Position numbers and translations under genes: made by a program
Part shown: positions 51,984-57,561 of the stretch, piece after piece
How positions within the stretch are numbered: the first letter of the stretch is position 1
Layout: each line of letters opens with the position of its first letter
Notes under the pieces: model-generated
What the model saw: the letters and a program-made list of their open reading frames with translations, nothing else
The model's database searches: none
Told to the model about the DNA's origin: nothing
Assembly (NCBI GenBank): GCA_016650215.1
Contig: JAENWF010000033.1
Coordinates: 1-57,561 of the forward strand
DNA from: Thermoanaerobaculia bacterium
GTDB lineage: Bacteria; Acidobacteriota; Thermoanaerobaculia; Gp7-AA8
Direction: 5' to 3'
Length of the DNA: 57,561 nt

Positions 51984-52835
51984 ATGATCCGCCAGGTTTC
52001 CGTTCTCGGCAGCGGCACGATGGGCCGCGGGATTGCGTATCTCACCGCGCTCTCCGGCTTTGACACGGTCGTCTACGACGTCGAGTCGTCAGCGCTCGAT
52101 ACGGCGAGAGCGTCGATCGAGTCGATGTTGCTCAAGGGAGTCGAGAAGGGAAAGGTCGCGAGCGATGCGGCGACGCAGACGATGGCGCGTCTGCAGCTCG
52201 CGACCGATCTCGAAGCAGCAGTCCGAACCGCGGATCTCATCATCGAGGCGGTGCCGGAAAATCTCGAGCTGAAGCAGGATCTCTTCGCGCAGGTAGATCT
52301 CTTCTGCGGCGAGGAGACGATTCTCGCGTCGAACACATCGTCGATCTCGATTTCCACGCTCGCCTCGAACGTGGAGCGCCGCGATCGTTTCGTCGGCCTC
52401 CACTTCTTCAATCCGCCGCACGCGATGAAACTGGTCGAAATCGTGCGCGGCGAGCGGACGTCCGACGCCACCATGGACGAGGCGCGCGCCTTCGCGGTGA
52501 AGCTCGGCAAGGAGGCGATCGTCGTTCATGACACGCCCGGCTTCGCGACGTCCCGGCTCGGCGTCGCGATCGGCCTCGAAGCGATCCGCATGCTCCAAGA
52601 GAACGTTGCATCCGCGACGGATATCGATCGGGCGATGGAGCTCGGCTACAACCACCCGATGGGCCCGCTGCGTCTCACTGATCTCGTCGGCCTCGACGTC
52701 CGCCTTGGCATCGCCGAGTACCTCGCGGCGACCCTTGGGCCGCGCTTCGAGCCCCCGGCGCTTCTGCGCGAAATGGTCGCCGAAGGGCGGCTGGGAAAAA
52801 AGACCGGCCGCGGATTCTTCGATTGGAACGAGTAA
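51984..52835 (+). CDS. hbd: 3-hydroxybutyryl-CoA / 3-hydroxyacyl-CoA dehydrogenase
   Basis: VSVLGSGTMGRGIA (Rossmann), NTSSISI, GLHFFNPP, GFATSRL, MGPLRLTDLVGLD. Confidence 0.9.
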   Translation: MIRQVSVLGSGTMGRGIAYLTALSGFDTVVYDVESSALDTARASIESMLLKGVEKGKVASDAATQTMARLQLATDLEAAVRTADLIIEAVPENLELKQDLFAQVDLFCGEETILASNTSSISISTLASNVERRDRFVGLHFFNPPHAMKLVEIVRGERTSDATMDEARAFAVKLGKEAIVVHDTPGFATSRLGVAIGLEAIRMLQENVASATDIDRAMELGYNHPMGPLRLTDLVGLDVRLGIAEYLAATLGPRFEPPALLREMVAEGRLGKKTGRGFFDWNE

Positions 52836-52840
52836 GCGCA

Positions 52841-52878
52841 GTGTCATCCTGAGCCGTCTACGCGGCTCAGAATGACAC
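52841..52878. repeat. short family-A hairpin downstream of hbd (candidate terminator)
   Basis: GTGTCATCCTGAGCCG-TCTAC-GCGGCTCAGAATGACAC. Confidence 0.7.
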
Positions 52879-52898
52879 GCGCCGCAGAGTGACAACAG

Positions 52899-53654
52899 AT
52901 GACAATCCCTTCTGCATATGGCGCGTTTGCGTACGCGTACGACAAGGCGCTCGGCGAGCGATTCTTCAAAGCGGCCCAGCGCGTGCTCGATGATGTGATG
53001 CGGCGGCATCCCACGCACGAGAGAACGCATCTCGATCTCGCATGCGGGACGGGTCTCGCCATTGCGTATTTTGCGTCGCAAGGCTGGAGCTCGATCGGCG
53101 TCGATGCGTCGATGTCGATGCTGGGGGCGGCGCGAGAGCGCGCGCCGCGGCGTCTCGTCTGCGGCGACATCCGTGCGCTTCCAATGCGAACCACCTTTTC
53201 GCGCGTCACCTGTCTCTACGACAGCCTCAATCATCTGAAGAATCGGGCGGACCTCGTCGCGGCGTTCCGTGCGGCACGAAGCGTCATGCGCCCCGACTCG
53301 CTTTTTCTCTTCGACATGAATCATCCCGACGTCTACCCGGCGATCTGGGGGATGAAGGATCCTTATGTCGCGGAGGGAACGGGATGGCGGCTCGAGATCG
53401 CGACGCTCTACCGCAAGCGCGATGCGACCGGTATTGCGCGCGTGAGCGGATTTGCGACGCTCGCCGGCGGCGTGAAGGAGCCGATCCGCGAGCGCCACGA
53501 GCAGCGCGCCTACAGCGAGCGCGAGATCACTGACTCTCTCGCCGAAGCGGGGCTCGCGGCGATCGAGGTGCGCGACTTCGATCCGTACAACGAGTCCGAC
53601 ACTCTCGCCGCGGAGGGTGTCAAGTTGTTTTTCGTATGTCGTGCAGTCTCTTGA
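52899..53654 (+). CDS. class I SAM-dependent methyltransferase
   Basis: HLDLACGTGLA (motif I), GVDASMSML, VTCLYDSLNHL. Confidence 0.82.
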   Translation: MTIPSAYGAFAYAYDKALGERFFKAAQRVLDDVMRRHPTHERTHLDLACGTGLAIAYFASQGWSSIGVDASMSMLGAARERAPRRLVCGDIRALPMRTTFSRVTCLYDSLNHLKNRADLVAAFRAARSVMRPDSLFLFDMNHPDVYPAIWGMKDPYVAEGTGWRLEIATLYRKRDATGIARVSGFATLAGGVKEPIRERHEQRAYSEREITDSLAEAGLAAIEVRDFDPYNESDTLAAEGVKLFFVCRAVS

Positions 53655-53736
53655 CCGGCCTCCGTCACGAGCATATCGTCTCATCCAATCGGTTCCCACA
53701 ATTGAAATTGCCGCAAGGCAGAAATGGAGTTCGGTA

Positions 53737-56700
53737 ATGCGCCGTTCGATCCTCGTTCTACTGGTTCTTGCGCTGAGTCTCGTCAGCGCCCCTCTTGTCT
53801 TCGCTCAGTCCCAGGCAACCACCGGAGTCATCGAAGGGGTCGTTGCCGACTCGAGCGGAGGCGCGCTTCCGGGCGTGACCGTCACGCTTCGCAACGTCGA
53901 GACGAACTACACGCAGACCCTCGTCACCGATTCTGGTGGACGCTATCGGGGCGTGCTTCTGCCGCTCGGTCGTTACGAGGTGACCGCGTCGCTTTCCGGA
54001 TTTGCAAATCGCCTGACGCGCGGCCTCGAGCTCGCTGTCGGACAGACGCTCACCGTCAACGTGACGTTGTCACAGGCGGCCGTCGCGGAAGAGATCGTCG
54101 TGACCGCTGCCGCACCGCTGATCGAAACGGCGCGCACCGAGGGATCGACGCGCATCGACCAGAAGTCAGTCGAAGGGTTGCCCAACAACGGCCGTAACTT
54201 CCTCGACTACACGAAGCTCACGCCGGGCGTGGCGATCGTGCAGGGCCCCGACGGCGACGAGCTTTCGATCAACGGCCAGAAGGGCATCTCGAACAACGTG
54301 TCGGTGGACGGCGCCGACTTCAACAATCCGTTCTTCGGCGAACAGCGTGGCGGCCAGCGCCCCGCGTTCACCTTCAACCTCGATGCCGTGAAGGAAATGG
54401 TCGTCATCGCCGACGGCGCGAACGCCGAGTTCGGCCGCTCGCAGTCGGGCTTCGTGAACGTCATCACGAAGTCAGGCACGAACGAGATGAAGGGAACCGC
54501 GCATCTCGTGCTCAAGAACGATGCGTTCAGCTCGAACGCCAAGAACCCCGACGGCAGCGAGCAGCCGAAGTTCGACTCGAATCAGTACCAGACCGGATTC
54601 ACTCTCGGTGGTCCGCTCCGCCGCGATCACCTCTTCTACTTCCTCGCCTTCGACATGCAGGAGGGGGAGACAACCAAGCAGACCGATCCCAACCGCATCG
54701 AGCCGCGTGTGGTCGCGGCCCTCGCTGCCCTCGGCTATCCGGACGAGAACGGACCGATCACGCGCACCAACGATGCGCGCGTCTTCCTCGCGAAAGCCGA
54801 CTGGAACGTCAGCTCACGCAATCTCGCGACTCTCCGCTACAACTACACGTGGTCGGAGCAGGTCAATGGAACGTTCGACGTCGATTCGTGGGGTCGCAGC
54901 GCGAACGCGAGCGAGAAGAACGACTCGAACTCACTCACCGGATCATTCATCTCCACCTTCACGAACAACCTGCTCAACGAGTTCCGTTTCCAGACCGCGA
55001 AAGAGAATCGCCCGCGGCCCTACAACGGACCGAACATCACCGGCCAGAGCCGCCCGCTGCCCGATACCGCGTTCGATTTCGGACGCAGCTACCGGTTCGG
55101 CATGCCGTTCTTCATCCCGGTCGAGTACTACGACACGCGCGTCCAGCTCAACAACAACGTCACCTACATCCGCGGTGCGCACTCGTTCAAGGTCGGTGCG
55201 GAGTTCAACCGCGTCAACTCCGCGCAGACGTTTCTTGGATTCGCGAACGGCCGCTACGTCTTCGGCTCGACTGACGGCTTCCTCAACTACGTGCGGAACC
55301 CGAGCTACGTCGAATGCGCGCAGGGAAGTCTCTTCACGACTTCCGAAACGGGCTCGTGCCCCGCGGGGTACGACATCGTCGGACCGGTCCTCCTCTATCT
55401 CCAGCAGGCAGGTGTCGGCGGCCTCTCGGTCGAAGATGCAGGAACGCAGAGCATCGGACAGGACGAGCCCTCAGTATTCGTCCAGGACTCCTGGCAGGCG
55501 ACTTCGAATCTGAACCTGCAGTACGGCCTCCGCTGGGAAGCGCAGATCCAGGCTGACCCGATCACGCCGGCAAGCGAGGTTTACTACGCGCCATTCATTG
55601 GCGCCACCCGCAATGGCCAGACGTTCCCGGGCAATGGCGAGATTCCGTCTGACAAGACCATGATTCAGCCGCGCCTGGGAATGGCGTGGACTCCGGGCGG
55701 CGACGGCAAGAAGGTCTTCCGCGCGAACGCCGGCCTCTTCTACGGGCGCATCCCCGGTCTCTCGCTCGCGTCTTCGCGATCGACCAACGGCAGCCGCGGT
55801 CAGACGATCTTCCGCAACAGCGCTGCGGCTCCGTTCCTCGGTCCCGTGCCCGCGTATCCGAACATCATCCCGCAGTCGCAGATCAGCGATCCTTCACTCC
55901 CGGACGTCTTCGTCTTCGACAAAGACTTTCAGAATCCGCGGACTCTTTCCGCGAGTGTTTCGTGGGAGCAGGAGCTGATCCCGAACTACGCGTTCCTCGT
56001 CAAGTACAACTACGCGAAGGGCGACCACATCACCCGTTTCGTAAACCGCAACGATCCTCTTCTCGGATCGCCGTGGTCGACGGGGCTGGGGCCGACCGGC
56101 ACGAGCGGCATCGCTGCGCTCACGACGGTCGAATCGTCGGCCAGGAGCCAGTACGACGGAGTGACGCTCGGCGTCACGCGGCGTCCTGTGAACAACCTCC
56201 AGTTCCAGGCCTACTACACGTACTCGAAGGACAAGTCCGATGACGACAACGAGCGCGATCCGTTCACGTTCCGCTATGCGAAGGTCACCGACCTCGATGC
56301 CGAGTATGCGTATTCGGACCGCGACCAGCGCCATCGTTTCAATGGATGGCTGCTCTGGAGCGCGCCGGCTGAAGTCGACGTGAACTTCCGTTACGCCTAC
56401 CGCTCGGCGCAGCCGAAGTCCCTCTCATGCGTCGTAAGCGCACAGTTCTGCGGAACCGATGCATTCGGCGGCTCGCGCTTCAATGCCGATGCGGCGGCGC
56501 CGACGGACCGCATCAATCCTGACGGCTCGGTGACTCAACGCAACCTCGGTCGTAAAGACAATCAGTACTCGTCGCTCGATCTCCGTCTGTCGCGGCCGTT
56601 CGTGTTCGGAAACTACACGATCGAACCGGCGCTCGACATCTTCAATCTCTTCAACAGCAAGAATCTTCGCCGCCCCGAAGTCACGAGTCTCGTGTTCAAT

Positions 56701-56772
56701 TTCGACGGCACGGTGCAGAGTGGCGCGGGTGATCCGCGTCAGATGCAGCTGGCAGTCCGTCTGATCTGGTGA
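53737..56772 (+). CDS. TonB-dependent receptor with an N-terminal carboxypeptidase-regulatory-like domain
   Basis: Signal peptide MRRSILVLLVLALSLVSAPLVFAQ. GVIEGVVADSSGGALPGVTVTLRNVETN. Plug block LPNNGRNFLDYTKLTPGV. C-terminal MQLAVRLIW. Confidence 0.9.
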   Translation: MRRSILVLLVLALSLVSAPLVFAQSQATTGVIEGVVADSSGGALPGVTVTLRNVETNYTQTLVTDSGGRYRGVLLPLGRYEVTASLSGFANRLTRGLELAVGQTLTVNVTLSQAAVAEEIVVTAAAPLIETARTEGSTRIDQKSVEGLPNNGRNFLDYTKLTPGVAIVQGPDGDELSINGQKGISNNVSVDGADFNNPFFGEQRGGQRPAFTFNLDAVKEMVVIADGANAEFGRSQSGFVNVITKSGTNEMKGTAHLVLKNDAFSSNAKNPDGSEQPKFDSNQYQTGFTLGGPLRRDHLFYFLAFDMQEGETTKQTDPNRIEPRVVAALAALGYPDENGPITRTNDARVFLAKADWNVSSRNLATLRYNYTWSEQVNGTFDVDSWGRSANASEKNDSNSLTGSFISTFTNNLLNEFRFQTAKENRPRPYNGPNITGQSRPLPDTAFDFGRSYRFGMPFFIPVEYYDTRVQLNNNVTYIRGAHSFKVGAEFNRVNSAQTFLGFANGRYVFGSTDGFLNYVRNPSYVECAQGSLFTTSETGSCPAGYDIVGPVLLYLQQAGVGGLSVEDAGTQSIGQDEPSVFVQDSWQATSNLNLQYGLRWEAQIQADPITPASEVYYAPFIGATRNGQTFPGNGEIPSDKTMIQPRLGMAWTPGGDGKKVFRANAGLFYGRIPGLSLASSRSTNGSRGQTIFRNSAAAPFLGPVPAYPNIIPQSQISDPSLPDVFVFDKDFQNPRTLSASVSWEQELIPNYAFLVKYNYAKGDHITRFVNRNDPLLGSPWSTGLGPTGTSGIAALTTVESSARSQYDGVTLGVTRRPVNNLQFQAYYTYSKDKSDDDNERDPFTFRYAKVTDLDAEYAYSDRDQRHRFNGWLLWSAPAEVDVNFRYAYRSAQPKSLSCVVSAQFCGTDAFGGSRFNADAAAPTDRINPDGSVTQRNLGRKDNQYSSLDLRLSRPFVFGNYTIEPALDIFNLFNSKNLRRPEVTSLVFNFDGTVQSGAGDPRQMQLAVRLIW

Positions 56773-57416
56773 CGTCTTCCCGATCGTGGCGTGCCGTCCT
56801 GTTCGATTGGGACGGCACGCTCGTCGATACGGCGGAGGCGAGCTTTCGCTCGTACGTGCGGATGTTCGAGACGTTCGGCATTCCGTTCGATCGTGCGCGC
56901 TACGCCGAGACGTATTCGCCCGACTGGCACCACACCTATCGGAGCGTCGGACTGCCCGGCAATCGGTGGAGTGATGCGGACCGCGTGTGGCTCGATTTCT
57001 TTGCCGGAGAAGAAGCGGCGTTGATCGAAGGGGCGGCCGACGCGCTGCGTGCGCTTACAAACCGCGGGATCATCGTCGGCCTCGTCACGAGTGGTGGCCG
57101 CGAACGCGTGTCGCGTGAGCTGACGCTGCTTGAAGTTGCCGCGCACTTTGCTCACGTGGTCTGCGGCGATGATGGTCCGCGCCGCAAGCCGCATCCCGAT
57201 GCACTGCAGCACGCGCTCGAAAAGCTTTCAGTTGCGCCGGACGAAGCGGCGTACGTGGGGGATAGCCCTGAGGACGTGCAGATGGCGAAAGCCGCGAACG
57301 TGTTTGCCGTGGCGGTCCCCGGCGCCTACCCGAACGCGGAAGCCCTCAGAGCTGCGTCGCCGGATTTGATCGCGAGCGATTTGGCCGACGCCGTGCGGCA
57401 GCTGATCGGGGAGTGA
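56769..57416 (+). CDS. HAD-IA family hydrolase (phosphoglycolate phosphatase-like)
   Basis: AVLFDWDGTLVDT (DxDxT), VGLVTSG, YVGDSPEDVQMA. The GTG overlaps the receptor TGA (GTGA). Confidence 0.85.
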   Translation: MTSSRSWRAVLFDWDGTLVDTAEASFRSYVRMFETFGIPFDRARYAETYSPDWHHTYRSVGLPGNRWSDADRVWLDFFAGEEAALIEGAADALRALTNRGIIVGLVTSGGRERVSRELTLLEVAAHFAHVVCGDDGPRRKPHPDALQHALEKLSVAPDEAAYVGDSPEDVQMAKAANVFAVAVPGAYPNAEALRAASPDLIASDLADAVRQLIGE

Positions 57417-57420
57417 GAGA

Positions 57421-57525
57421 GAGACGAAAGACCGCCGGCTGAAGCCGGCCCCACATCGAGCGCGGATAGAGCCTCGAGCGATGCTTGATGTGGCGCCGGT
57501 CCTCTGACCGGCGGGTTTCCGTCCC
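57421..57525. repeat. family-B repeat, inverted pair
   Basis: GAGACGAAAGACCGCCGGCTGAAGCCGGCCCCACATCGAGCGCGG and the inverted partner GCTTGATGTGGCGCCGGTCCTCTGACCGGCGGGTTTCCGTCCC. Confidence 0.8.
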
Positions 57526-57561
57526 TGTGATCTTGAACTCAGGGAGCTGGATGTTTGTACC

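Noticed and set aside
52089-53699. 536-aa minus-strand ORF
   Set aside because: It is antisense to the hbd and methyltransferase genes and crosses their intergenic hairpin. It has no recognisable motifs.
1-57561. Prophage, integrative element or defence island
   Set aside because: There is no integrase, transposase, phage structural gene, tRNA attachment site or known defence-system hallmark protein in the window. Apart from VapBC the genes look like core metabolism and envelope functions.

Overview
High-GC bacterial chromosomal segment of 57.6 kb. Gene content (CarboxypepD_reg-type TonB receptor, AP-superfamily/TPR fusion, large PIG-L protein) suggests an Acidobacteriota-like soil bacterium, but that is inference only. 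I support about 50 protein-coding genes, mostly housekeeping and cell-envelope functions: PPK2, M20 amidohydrolase, glutamate dehydrogenase, SSS symporter, PIG-L deacetylase, MarR-YceI, Crp/Fnr, HrpB, PrmA, citrate synthase, RsmE, AmpG, an alpha-2-macroglobulin/PBP1C operon, VapBC, a thioredoxin/DsbD cluster, polysaccharide deacetylase, two GT2 enzymes, bacterioferritin-like protein, 3-hydroxybutyryl-CoA dehydrogenase, a TonB-dependent receptor and a HAD hydrolase. I saw no rRNA, tRNA, CRISPR array, transposase or integrase. The unusual part is non-coding. Intergenic spaces carry three repeat systems. Family A is the palindromic element GTCATCCTGAGCGAAGCGAAGGATC, including a 3 x 67-bp tandem block. 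Family B is GACGAAAGACCGCCGGCTGAAGCCGGCGCCACGTCGAGCATGG, usually in inverted pairs. The third, and most striking, is a set of short tandem heptamer arrays, mostly as inverted pairs around a spacer, whose unit sequence differs between most loci while the architecture stays the same. One such array lies inside the pbpC coding sequence and one runs into a GT2 start codon. Other points to follow up: an in-frame TAG splitting a DsbD-type reductase, an unlisted 37-codon ORF coupled by an ATGA overlap to the SSS symporter, a 5'-truncated TonB receptor next to an orphan terminator, and a frameshifted RibD_C gene at the window edge. Coordinates of repeats were counted by eye against ORF-track anchors and may be off by 1-2 nt.
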